Positions 18,969-28,326 of a DNA stretch of 64,000 bases are shown here, one piece after another. Below the pieces are notes generated by a model. It ran no database searches. It worked only from the letters and a program-made list of their open reading frames with translations, and was not told the origin of the DNA. Position 1 is the stretch's first letter; each line of letters begins with the position of its first letter. Source of the stretch: Microcoleus sp. (lineage in GTDB: Bacteria; Cyanobacteriota; Cyanobacteriia; Cyanobacteriales; Microcoleaceae); contig JAYFMW010000006.1 in NCBI GenBank assembly GCA_042408215.1, positions 928,001-992,000 on the forward strand, read 5' to 3'. The position numbers and the translations under genes are program-made.

Positions 18969-19511
18969 ATGCTCAGATGTCGTGTCAGAAAAATATTTTC
19001 CCGATTCCTATTGCTGGGAGCCTTAGTGTTGAGTGTATTCCTGGGGTTAGGAATAGTAACTACTCCCCATGCAGCCGCCGCAATTCGACAACTAGAAGAA
19101 GCACCAGGGCAAGTGGTTTATCAATCCCGACAAACCCTCCAAGATCAACAAGGAAATACCTGGCAGGCGATCGCGTTCAAACGCATTCGTCCTCATGGTA
19201 AAACGAGTTTGGAACTACGTTTAGTTGGTTTCCCCGGTGTGGCAGAAATCGCTCGCGCTCAACCCCTATTGTTGACTAATTCACTGGGTAAAACGCTGAC
19301 GGCTGCCGATGTTTCCAGCGATATTTTCACTGATGGAACCGCTCCCCAACCTAATGTAGGACAGTATGATATTCAGCCGTTGTTACCGCAGTTGCAGGCA
19401 GAAATTCCCCTAAAGTTGACGCTACCAACGCGAGGCGGTGAAGCGATTAATCTATCAGTTCCACCATCTTTTGTACAAGAGTGGCAAACTCTTTTTTATT
19501 CAAGAGAGTAA
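18969..19511 (+). CDS. DUF3122 family exported protein
   Basis: EEAPGQVVYQSRQTLQD...WQAIAFKR...LRLVGFPG. Confidence 0.75.
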   Translation: MLRCRVRKIFSRFLLLGALVLSVFLGLGIVTTPHAAAAIRQLEEAPGQVVYQSRQTLQDQQGNTWQAIAFKRIRPHGKTSLELRLVGFPGVAEIARAQPLLLTNSLGKTLTAADVSSDIFTDGTAPQPNVGQYDIQPLLPQLQAEIPLKLTLPTRGGEAINLSVPPSFVQEWQTLFYSRE

Positions 19512-20688
19512 CCGCTTTACAAATGCTGGGATACGGCAACCTGCGAGGTTTTTTCCCAGCATTTAAAGTTGGAAAGCTGCGGCGAGAACCTACAGTCTGA
19601 ACTAACTCTGCCATCAACTCGGCAACGGGGATGATGCGATCGGCCCTTCCGGCGTTGCTGCCTGAAAAAACCAGCCCATTTTCCACATCACCCCGCGCTG
19701 CTTTGTCCAAGGCCCGAACAATGCAGTAAGATTCTCCGGACTCTCGAAAACGGCAAACATGTAGGCAGTTTAACACGCACCCTTTTTCTAAAGGGGCAGA
19801 ACCCGACATCGCCTTTTCCACAAAGGGGTTTCGCAGAGCCCGTCCCGGCAGTCCCACTGGGCTTTTAATCACCACTACATCTTCGGGTTGAGCGTGCAGG
19901 TGAAATTCTTTGTAACGAAGGTCGGCATCACATTCGTCTGTGGTGATAAAGCGAGTGCCGATTTGCACCCCACTTGCCCCTAACTCTAGCATCCTCACGA
20001 TATCTGCGCGATCCCAGACACCGCCTGCGGCAATCACCGGAATCGGTTGACCGAGTTCGTGATGTAAATAATTTACCAGTTCAGGAATCACCTGTTCTGG
20101 CTCTAATGCTGGATCATCTAGTTCCTCATACTTAGCACCTAAATGTCCACCTGCGGTATTGGGATTTTCCACCACAAAGGCATCTGGTAGCCGTTTGTAC
20201 TGGCGTTCCCATTTGCGACAGATAATTTTAGCCGCACGAGTAGTGGAAACGATCGGCACTAGGGCCACTTCTGGATACTCTGCGGTGTATTCCGGCAACT
20301 GAAGAGGCAAACCTGCACCGGAGATAATTAAGTTTACGCCCTGTTCAGCGGCAGTGCGAACCAGAGTTTCATAATCTTTTGCCGCCACCATCACATTCAC
20401 GCCGATGATCCCATCAGGACTGAGTTCACGGGCTTTGTTGATTTCGTCAATGAGTGCTAGTCGATTGGCTGCAAAAAACTCTTCTCGTCTGAGCCTCGCG
20501 TTGGGCTGGGTGATGTCGAAGTAGGGCGAGTTGATCCCTAATCCAACGGCGGAGATCACCCCAATCCCTCCAGCATTGGCAACGGCGGAGGCGAGATTAG
20601 CTCCAGAAATGCGGATACCCATACCTCCCTGGATGATGGGGTAACGGGCGATGTGTTGACCAATTTGTAGTGAAGGTAATGTTTGCAT
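19447..20688 (-). CDS. Nitronate monooxygenase/FabK-like flavoprotein
   Basis: PIIQGGMG, SGAGLP, AGGHLG, PVIAAGG, GVQIGTRF, GLPGRAL. Confidence 0.85.
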   Translation of the reverse strand: MQTLPSLQIGQHIARYPIIQGGMGIRISGANLASAVANAGGIGVISAVGLGINSPYFDITQPNARLRREEFFAANRLALIDEINKARELSPDGIIGVNVMVAAKDYETLVRTAAEQGVNLIISGAGLPLQLPEYTAEYPEVALVPIVSTTRAAKIICRKWERQYKRLPDAFVVENPNTAGGHLGAKYEELDDPALEPEQVIPELVNYLHHELGQPIPVIAAGGVWDRADIVRMLELGASGVQIGTRFITTDECDADLRYKEFHLHAQPEDVVVIKSPVGLPGRALRNPFVEKAMSGSAPLEKGCVLNCLHVCRFRESGESYCIVRALDKAARGDVENGLVFSGSNAGRADRIIPVAELMAELVQTVGSRRSFPTLNAGKKPRRLPYPSICKAVTLLNKKEFATLVQKMVELID

Positions 20689-21693
20689 AGGTTTCTGGTG
20701 TTGGGAAAATCTTGCTGATTCGGGCAGTAAATATGTCTGATGGCTGATGAAGCCGTCACTTTCGCCGCTCTAGCTTGAGTATAAATACTTTTTGTTAATT
20801 GTACAACTAATTAAGAATATTATATATATAATGATTTAGTAGAATAAAGTGGTAATCCATCCTGCGGAGGTTAGCCATTATTCACTACCACTAGCAACTT
20901 GGGTGTTTTCATAACCTCTGTGCGATCGCCTTCAAAACCCAAGAGTTGTGTTGAATTGACCGGATGGGAGGAGTTACGAAAGGCTGAAGGCTTGATGGGA
21001 TTACCCCGCTTTAAACCGCATTGAACAGCGGTTAATTCAGCTTCAACAAGGAATTCGGGAACCGATCTTTGGCTCAATTCAGGGTCATCAAAATCCGATC
21101 GCCGCCGCAGTAGTGCCAACCTCAGCCGCGATCGGTTTGCATTTCTATCCAATTTGGGAAGCCAGTTCGATCGGACAAGGTAGCTTTTCTGAAGGAATGC
21201 TCTTGGGAATTTCTGGTACCTTCTATTTCATGCTTTCCCTACGGGCACAGCATATTTAGTTGTTAGTTGTTGGTTTTTATCCTAAATTTTGTTGTATAGT
21301 CTTTTAGAATGAACCGCAAAGGCGCAAAGGCGCTGAGGGAAGAGTCAGAAAATAACAGGGGTAATCGTGGGTGATTTAGTCTTAGTTGTTAGATCGAGTC
21401 CGGTTAATTAGACATAATACTAAATCTAGGTTGATGATCTTCTCACTCTTCTTCCTCTTCTTTATAGCGGTTTTCAACCCCATGAGGTACAAGCCGATCG
21501 ATGCCCTATGCCCTATGCCCAATCCCCAAGTGTACCTCATTGAACTGAGAAGGGCTATATTCATGTCTTTGTGTCTTTGTGTTTCCCTAAAAAAGGGGGA
21601 ATGGTAGGGGATTTGATCTGCCCGTAGGGGCTGGTTCGCCAATATCTGCACGTAAGCGCGATCGCTCCAGAAAACCCGCCCCGGAGCAATACT

Positions 21694-23038
21694 TTGACAC
21701 TCCCCAGCCTAAAGGCGTGGGGATTCTTTGTTCATAGAGCTAACGTGCTGCGGACAGGATTTCTCCAACCAGAGTAGAGGTCAATTCTCCCAAAGCGTTG
21801 CTTGCGTTAAGCGCAAAGGTTCCGGTATGCCCTACCGTACCCAATCCTCGACTCAGGATATTTCTAGCTGCGTTAAAATCTCTATCCATTACACAGCCAC
21901 ACTTGCAAACGTGCGTCCTAGTGGATAGCGTTTTCTTCACAATTGCACCGCAGCTAGAGCATTCTTGGCTAGTGTATTGCGGATTTACCGCAACCGTAAC
22001 TCTTTCAAATACTTGACCGAAATATTCAATCCAGACACGGAACTGATACCAAGAAGCATCGTTAATAGACTTAGCTAGACAATGATTTTTCACCATATTT
22101 TTAATTCTCAAATCTTCGTAAGCTATCAAGTCGTTTGACTGAACTACGCACCGCGCTAATTTCACAGCATGGTCTTTGCGTTGCCTACTTATTTTGAGAT
22201 GGCGTTTTCCTAAAATCTGTCTAGCTTTGCCTCTATTTTTTGAACCTTTTACTTTCCTAGATACACGACGATGAGAACGTCTGAGAACTTTTTCACCTTT
22301 TCGTAAGAATTTAGGATTTTCAACCATCACTCCGTTGGAATCGGTGTAATATTCCTTCAATCCTACGTCTAATCCGATGGTATTTCCAGAAGGCTCTGTG
22401 TTTTCCTTTCGATCAACATCGACACAGAATTGGACATACACGCCGTCTGCACGTTTTACCAATCTTACCCGTTTTATTTGGGCGATTTGATAGAAATGCA
22501 AGTCGCGTGTGCCTTTCAACTTGAGTTTGCCAATTCCTTTTTTGTCGGTAAACTTTATTGATTTTCTGTCATCCGCAAGTTTCCAACCAGTTGATTTATA
22601 CTCAACAGAGCGACAGTCTTTCTGGAATTGTGGATATCCTTTTTTACCAGGAATTGACTTTTTGCAGTTCTCGTAAAATCGGGAGATAGCAGACCAGGCT
22701 CGTTCAGCACTGGATTGTCTAGCTTGAGAGTTAAGTTCGTCGGCAAACGGGAAATCACGAGCCAATACAGCACAATATTTATTCAAATCGTACTTATCTA
22801 TTTTTTTGTTGTCCATCCAATAGCGCAAACAGCTATTGCGGACAAATTGTGCTGTACGAATCGCTTCATTTACTGCTGCAATCTGACTTGATTTTCCGTA
22901 AGCTTTGAACTCAAAAACTAGCATCGCCTTACCTCCTGCCTTATACTAGATCTTTTAGCACAAGATTTGCTGGTATCGTAACAAAGGTTTACAATTAAAG
23001 CCGTCCTAAAAGGACGGGGTTTTAAACCCAATTTCCTG
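21694..23038 (-). mobile_element. IS200/IS605 family element, tnpB only (IS1341-like)
   Basis: On - strand: left-end hairpin (CCCCGTCCTTTTAGGACGG) after TTAT; right end GAATCCCCACGCCTTTAGGCTGGGGAGTGTCAA; no tnpA. Confidence 0.85.
21740..22924 (-). CDS. tnpB: RNA-guided endonuclease TnpB
   Basis: GLDVG, YEDL, CSSC/CKC zinc finger, DRDFNAARN. Confidence 0.93.
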   Translation of the reverse strand: MLVFEFKAYGKSSQIAAVNEAIRTAQFVRNSCLRYWMDNKKIDKYDLNKYCAVLARDFPFADELNSQARQSSAERAWSAISRFYENCKKSIPGKKGYPQFQKDCRSVEYKSTGWKLADDRKSIKFTDKKGIGKLKLKGTRDLHFYQIAQIKRVRLVKRADGVYVQFCVDVDRKENTEPSGNTIGLDVGLKEYYTDSNGVMVENPKFLRKGEKVLRRSHRRVSRKVKGSKNRGKARQILGKRHLKISRQRKDHAVKLARCVVQSNDLIAYEDLRIKNMVKNHCLAKSINDASWYQFRVWIEYFGQVFERVTVAVNPQYTSQECSSCGAIVKKTLSTRTHVCKCGCVMDRDFNAARNILSRGLGTVGHTGTFALNASNALGELTSTLVGEILSAAR

Positions 23039-23171
23039 ATAATTAATTAACCCGACTCGATCTTAGTTCTTGGTGATTGGTAGTTGGTTGTTAGTAGGAA
23101 GACATAATTAAACGGAGAGTTGTATAATTGAAGCAGGATTGATATTTTCAAATTCCCATTGGCTCAAAACT

Positions 23172-23981
23172 ATGTCATTGACTACAACATCTAAATTTTC
23201 CTCAGTTTACGGCCCAGTCAAGTCTTGGCGCTACGGGCGATCGCTGGGTATTGACCCCATCGGGCCAGTTTCTACCTGTTCCTTTAACTGCGTTTATTGT
23301 CAACTGGGAGAGATAGAAGTTAAAACACGCGATCGTGCCATTTTTATCCCTACCAACCAAATCTTACAAGACTTGCAATCCTTCGCGCCTTGGGATGTAG
23401 ACATCATCACCCTCAGCGGTAGTGGCGAACCCACTCAAGCATTGAATTTAGGCGAAATTATCACCTCTGTCAAAGAATGTACCAAAAGAGCGATCGCAGT
23501 ATTAACTAATGCTACATTACTCAATGACCCACAAGTGCGTTTAGAATTAGCTTTCGCCGACAAAGTATCAGTAAAATTAGATGCAGTTAGTAGCGATCTC
23601 CTCCAGCGCGTCAACCGTCCCGTCGCCGGCATAGACTTACAAAGCATTCAGACAGGTTTGCAGCAATTTAGACAAGAATATAGCGGGGAATTTGGCATTC
23701 AAACAATGATTTTATCACCTTGGGATGCCGCCACTAAAACAGAATATATCCGCTGGATTAAAATATTATCACCAGCCGAAATTCAACTCAATACCCCCAC
23801 CAGGCCCAAACCTTTAACTCGCCAGTTAGACGGGCGGGGAAATCACACCCCTGAAGATCGCCCTTATCCCATAAAAATGCTCAAATGCTTGAGTTATAGT
23901 GAATTAGGAGCGATCGCCACCCAGATTCAGCAGGAAACTAACATTCCCGTGCGTTTTGCGCCCACAGATGGCCAGACCTAG
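23172..23981 (+). CDS. Radical SAM protein (COG0731-like)
   Basis: YGPVKSWRYGRSLGID, CSFNCVYC, SGSGEPT. Confidence 0.85.
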   Translation: MSLTTTSKFSSVYGPVKSWRYGRSLGIDPIGPVSTCSFNCVYCQLGEIEVKTRDRAIFIPTNQILQDLQSFAPWDVDIITLSGSGEPTQALNLGEIITSVKECTKRAIAVLTNATLLNDPQVRLELAFADKVSVKLDAVSSDLLQRVNRPVAGIDLQSIQTGLQQFRQEYSGEFGIQTMILSPWDAATKTEYIRWIKILSPAEIQLNTPTRPKPLTRQLDGRGNHTPEDRPYPIKMLKCLSYSELGAIATQIQQETNIPVRFAPTDGQT

Positions 23982-24087
23982 TACCTTTTAAAGATATAAT
24001 CATTAAGAAGAATTAGGCAGAAGAGAACCCCCAACTCTGTTAAAAAGAGGGCTATTGAGATTAGGGTCTAGGAAGGAACAAACACAG

Positions 24088-24665
24088 ATGAGCGTACAAT
24101 TAATTAAAGGTGGCAGATTCAATCTTTCTCAAGAAGTGCCGAACTTAAAAAGACTAGCGATCGCCTTGGGTTGGCAAGTCAATTCAATAGGCAAAAACTG
24201 TGAAATTGATGCTTCAGCATTTATGTTAGGCACTGATGGCAGAATCCCCCACGAAGACTACTTAGTATTTTATAATAATACTAAATCCCTTGACGGTTCT
24301 GTGAAACAATCCGGCACTGATAAATCTTCGCCCAGAAAAGGATACATTAACACGCTCTACAGCGTTGATTTATCTCTGATGGATGCCACCATTGAACAGA
24401 TTGTGCTGATTGTAACTATCCACGATGCTGAATCAGTAGGATTAAATTTTAGCCAAATTCAGAACGCTTTTATCAGCTCTATACGATCGCGATCGCAAAA
24501 CCGAACTGACTCGGTACGAATTAAAAGAGAATTTTACATTAGAGACAGCTTTGGAATTTGGACGTTTGTATAAAAAGAGCGGAGACTGGAGGTTTCAGGC
24601 CGTAGGACAAGGATATAAATCAGGATTGCGACAGTTTTGTTGAAAAATATTATGTAGAAAAGTAA
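24088..24665 (+). pseudogene. terD: TerD family stress protein, frameshifted
   Basis: LGW, IDASAF, LVFYNN; C-terminus (TALEFGRLYKKSGDWRFQAVGQG) is in another frame after ~24477; second shift near 24631. Confidence 0.75.
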
Positions 24666-24845
24666 ACAGGAGAATTGGTAATTGCGATCGGGATGTACAG
24701 CATTAAAGCCTGAACAGGAGTAACGCCGCCTTCTATGCGGTGCCATAACCGCCCGAAGGCGGCGTTACAAACTGTTTTGCCTAAGTCCTAAATAGCCGTC
24801 GCACTCGATTTAAGAAATCCTCAACATCTAAAAAAACTGGTCAAT

Positions 24846-26159
24846 TTATTTTTTCCACTGGATCAACTTGATGTAATCTCCTTCAAACTGCTCTCCTTTC
24901 AGCATCCGATTCCAATAAATCCAAGGCAAAGCAGTAGTTTTCATCTTCCACATAATCCAGCTTTCTTGCACAGGGTTGAGGGGAAAACTAGAAAGCACAG
25001 TACCACTATAACCATCAAATTCGGCCATGATTGTCTTGCCATAACCAGTGATTAAAGGACAGCAAGTATAGCCGTCATACTTATGTAATAATGGTTTGGA
25101 GTCTATTAAAGCTAGTAAATTTTCTGCTACGATCGGTGCTTGTTTGCGAGCTGCTGCTGCTGTCTTAGAAGTTGGCAGCGAAGAAGCATCCCCCAAGCTA
25201 AATACGTTGGGATATCGATTGTGCTGGAGCGTGTATTTATCTACATCTACCCAGCCATAGGAACTACCGGGAACGGCCAAAGGGCTTTGTTTAATAAAGT
25301 CAGGAGCGCTTTGCGGCGGTGTGACGTGAATCATTTCGTACTTGTGGGTGACCTCATCGACAACAGCACCGTTATCATCGAAAACATCAAAAACTGCTTC
25401 TTTGGTTTCAGGTTTAATTTCCTTCAAATTGTGCCGGAACTTAACATCAATTTCCCGTTGTTGGACGACTTTATCTAATAGTGATGAATACTCCGGTACG
25501 GAAAACATTTTGGTTGCTGGTGTGAGAAACATCACGTTAGTGCGCTGACGGACTCCCAATTTACTGCGGAAGGTATCATCTGCCATGTACATGACTTTTT
25601 GCGGCGCACCACCACATTTTACCGGAGTGTTGGGAAAGGTAAATAGAGCATTTCCACCTTGGAAATTTTTGATTAGTTCCCAGGTATAAGGTGCGTAATT
25701 AGGAGCATAATTGCTAGTAACACCATCTTTTCCGAGCGCTTCTCTCAGTCCTTTAATTAAATGCCAGTCCAACTGAATGCCGGGACTGACAATTAAGTAA
25801 TCATACTCAACCAGGATGCCTTCTTTGGTGAGGACGGCATTGTTTTCTGGGTCTAATTTAACCACTCGGTCTGCGATCCAAGTCGCTTGTCGAGGAATGA
25901 AATCTTTTTTATCCCTCACTGTATCCTCAATTTGGAATACTCCTCCGCCTGTCAGCGTCCAACCGGGTTGGTAATACTGCTTCTTCGATGGCTCGATGAT
26001 GGCAATATCTAGGGATTTGTTTTTTTTCAATAACATAGAGGCGGTGGGAAGTCCGGCAGACCCGCCCCCGATGAAAACGATTTGGTGGTGCAGTGTCTTG
26101 GTAATGGCGGGGGTTGCGGACGCTGGAGTCTGGGACTGTTGGGAATTTGAGGTGATCAT
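24846..26159 (-). CDS. sqr: Sulfide:quinone oxidoreductase, type II (SqrB/eukaryote-like)
   Basis: YYQPGWTL, KCGGAPQK, PTSKTAAA, YDGYTCCPLITG, LPWIYWN. Confidence 0.88.
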   Translation of the reverse strand: MITSNSQQSQTPASATPAITKTLHHQIVFIGGGSAGLPTASMLLKKNKSLDIAIIEPSKKQYYQPGWTLTGGGVFQIEDTVRDKKDFIPRQATWIADRVVKLDPENNAVLTKEGILVEYDYLIVSPGIQLDWHLIKGLREALGKDGVTSNYAPNYAPYTWELIKNFQGGNALFTFPNTPVKCGGAPQKVMYMADDTFRSKLGVRQRTNVMFLTPATKMFSVPEYSSLLDKVVQQREIDVKFRHNLKEIKPETKEAVFDVFDDNGAVVDEVTHKYEMIHVTPPQSAPDFIKQSPLAVPGSSYGWVDVDKYTLQHNRYPNVFSLGDASSLPTSKTAAAARKQAPIVAENLLALIDSKPLLHKYDGYTCCPLITGYGKTIMAEFDGYSGTVLSSFPLNPVQESWIMWKMKTTALPWIYWNRMLKGEQFEGDYIKLIQWKK

Positions 26160-26229
26160 AAGTAGTTTTTTTCTTTGAGAATAGGTTGACCGATCGCTTC
26201 CTTAGTCAATAAGGTTCTAGCAGGTTGAG

Positions 26230-26332
26230 CAGGACTTACGCACGCGGGGCCAAAAACCCGGTTTCTGCGTCAATATCTCTCGAAAAAAGCGATGATTTTT
26301 CAAAGAAACCGGGTTTTTTTGCGTAAGTCCTG
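26230..26332. mobile_element. MITE with CAGGACTTACGCA terminal inverted repeats
   Basis: Perfect 13-bp TIRs flanked by a TTGAG direct repeat (26225-26229, 26333-26337). Confidence 0.8.
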
Positions 26333-26568
26333 TTGAGTAAATCTACTTACCCCCGCTGCTAACTTTTTTGTTGCTATTGTCAAATTGTACAACTTAGCTT
26401 ACTATATGGCAATATAGGCAATTAATAAATATGCACTACTCCCGTGGCATATTTGAAAGCTAAGGAGGCTCTGCCTTCTTTCCGAGTTCCCTGGCTCAGC
26501 CAGGGAACTAGATCGCGATCGCCAGACATTCCATTAAGCAGGTAAAAACTTTACAAGGAGCCAGAAAT

Positions 26569-27273
26569 ATGCTATTTCGCCAAATGTATGACAACGAAAC
26601 CAGCACTTATACTTATTTAATTGCTGACGAAAACACCAAAGAAGCTGCTTTAGTCGATCCGGTGATCGAGCAAGTCGATCGTGACTTAAAGCTAATTCAA
26701 GAATTAGGACTAACTTTGCGCTATTGTTTGGAAACGCACATTCACGCCGATCACATTACGGGAACGGGTAAGTTGCGAGAAATCACAAATTGTGATGGCA
26801 TAGTGCCAGAAAATGCCCAAGTTGCTTGTGCTAACCGCTTGATTAAAGATGGGGAAATATTACAGCTAGGCGAGATTGAAATTAAAACGATCGCCACTTT
26901 AGGACATACCGACAGTCATAACTGTTACCTAGTCAATCAAAACCTATTGCTGACTGGAGATTCTTTGTTGATTCGCGGTTGCGGACGGACTGATTTCCAA
27001 AGCGGTAATCCGGGTTTGATGTACGACAACGTTACGCAAAAATTATTTACCTTACCCGATGAAACTTTAGTTTATCCCGGTCACGATTATAAAGGACATC
27101 TGGTTTCTACAATTGGCGAGGAAAAGCAATATAATCCCCGGTTTGTTGGCCAAGATCGGGCGAGTTTTATCGAACAAATGAATAACCTGAATCTGCCCAA
27201 TCCGAAGAAAATTGCGGAAGCAGTACCGGCGAATCAACAATGTGGGAAAATACCTGTGATCGCAGAAGTTTGA
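26569..27273 (+). CDS. pdo: Persulfide dioxygenase (ETHE1-like MBL fold)
   Basis: TYTYL, ETHIHADHITG, GCGRTDFQ, YPGHDY, STIGEEK..NPR. Confidence 0.9.
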   Translation: MLFRQMYDNETSTYTYLIADENTKEAALVDPVIEQVDRDLKLIQELGLTLRYCLETHIHADHITGTGKLREITNCDGIVPENAQVACANRLIKDGEILQLGEIEIKTIATLGHTDSHNCYLVNQNLLLTGDSLLIRGCGRTDFQSGNPGLMYDNVTQKLFTLPDETLVYPGHDYKGHLVSTIGEEKQYNPRFVGQDRASFIEQMNNLNLPNPKKIAEAVPANQQCGKIPVIAEV

Positions 27274-27284
27274 GGATTTAGATC

Positions 27285-27713
27285 GTGGCAAATGTGAACT
27301 GGGTAACAGCTTTAATTGGTGGCATCTTAATTGGGTTAAGTGCCACCGTCTTACTGGCATTTAATGGTCGAATTGCTGGTATTAGTGGAATTGTCAATGG
27401 TGCGATCGCCTTTTCCAAACGAGAAGTCTGGCGGTGGATCTTCATCCTGGGTATGTTGCTGGGTGGCATATTATACGAATATGGACTAGCATCTCAATTA
27501 ACTCCCACCGCGACATTGACTCCTTGGGCAATGATTATCGGCGGTTTTCTGGTTGGTTTTGGCACTAGAATGGGTAGCGGTTGCACTAGCGGTCATGGAG
27601 TTTGTGGGTTAGGCCGATTATCTATGCGATCGCTAGTGGCAGTTATCACCTTTATGATTACCGCCATCCTCACAGTTTTTGTTGTCCGTCACCTATTGCA
27701 GTTGAGTATATGA
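27285..27713 (+). CDS. YeeE/YedE sulfur-compound transporter (PmpA-like)
   Basis: GRIAGISG and GSGCTSGHGVCG; GTG start. Confidence 0.9.
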   Translation: MANVNWVTALIGGILIGLSATVLLAFNGRIAGISGIVNGAIAFSKREVWRWIFILGMLLGGILYEYGLASQLTPTATLTPWAMIIGGFLVGFGTRMGSGCTSGHGVCGLGRLSMRSLVAVITFMITAILTVFVVRHLLQLSI

Positions 27714-28123
27714 AAGAGAAGCTAATAGCGTTATTGTCAGGAGTGTTATTTGGTCTGGGACTGGGGTTTTCGCAGATGATCGATCGCCAGCGGGTACTAG
27801 GCTTTTTGGATGTCGCCGGTGCTTGGGACTCAACATTATTATTTGTGTTGGGTGGCGCGGTCACGGTGACAGTAATTGCCTTCCGATTTGTGCTGCGTCG
27901 CCCTCACCCAATCTTTGCTGACAAATTTAATTTACCAACTAAGAAAGACATCGACAAACCTTTAGTAATTGGGGCAGCTATTTTCGGTATCGGTTGGGGA
28001 ATTTGTGGATACTGTCCAGGGCCGGGGATCACTGCTTTAGTATTGGGTAATTGGAATCCGATTTTGTTTGTGGTGGCGTTCATTGCTGGTTCGCTGACCT
28101 ATAAAAACTTATCTGAAAAGTAA
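27710..28123 (+). CDS. YeeE/YedE sulfur-compound transporter (PmpB-like)
   Basis: VLGFLD..G.WD and FGIGWGICGYCPGP; ATGA overlap at 27710. Confidence 0.88.
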   Translation: MKEKLIALLSGVLFGLGLGFSQMIDRQRVLGFLDVAGAWDSTLLFVLGGAVTVTVIAFRFVLRRPHPIFADKFNLPTKKDIDKPLVIGAAIFGIGWGICGYCPGPGITALVLGNWNPILFVVAFIAGSLTYKNLSEK

Positions 28124-28167
28124 TTTTTATATGAGTAGGGGTAGGGACACGGCAATGCCGTGTCCCT

Positions 28168-28264
28168 TTACGCAAAAAAAACCGGTTTCTTTGAAAAATC
28201 GTGGGTCTAGCCGAGAAATCTTGACGCAGAAACCGGGTTTTTGGCCCCGCTTGCGTAAGTCCTG
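28168..28264. mobile_element. Second, left-truncated copy of the CAGGACTTACGCA MITE, inverted
   Basis: Reverse-complement similarity to 26230-26332; left TIR cut by a GTAGGGACACGGCA palindrome. Confidence 0.7.
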
Positions 28265-28326
28265 AAATACAGATGTGGAGATAGTTTCATGCCCGGTACA
28301 GAAATATTAACTAATTCATAGTTTGA

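Noticed and set aside
19447..19600. NMO C-terminal extension overlapping DUF3122 by 65 bp
   Set aside because: Probably simple stop-codon drift; nothing indicates function
20871..21651. Short ORFs between the NMO-like gene and tnpB
   Set aside because: Weak starts, no recognisable motifs and partly repeat-derived; a small real gene cannot be excluded
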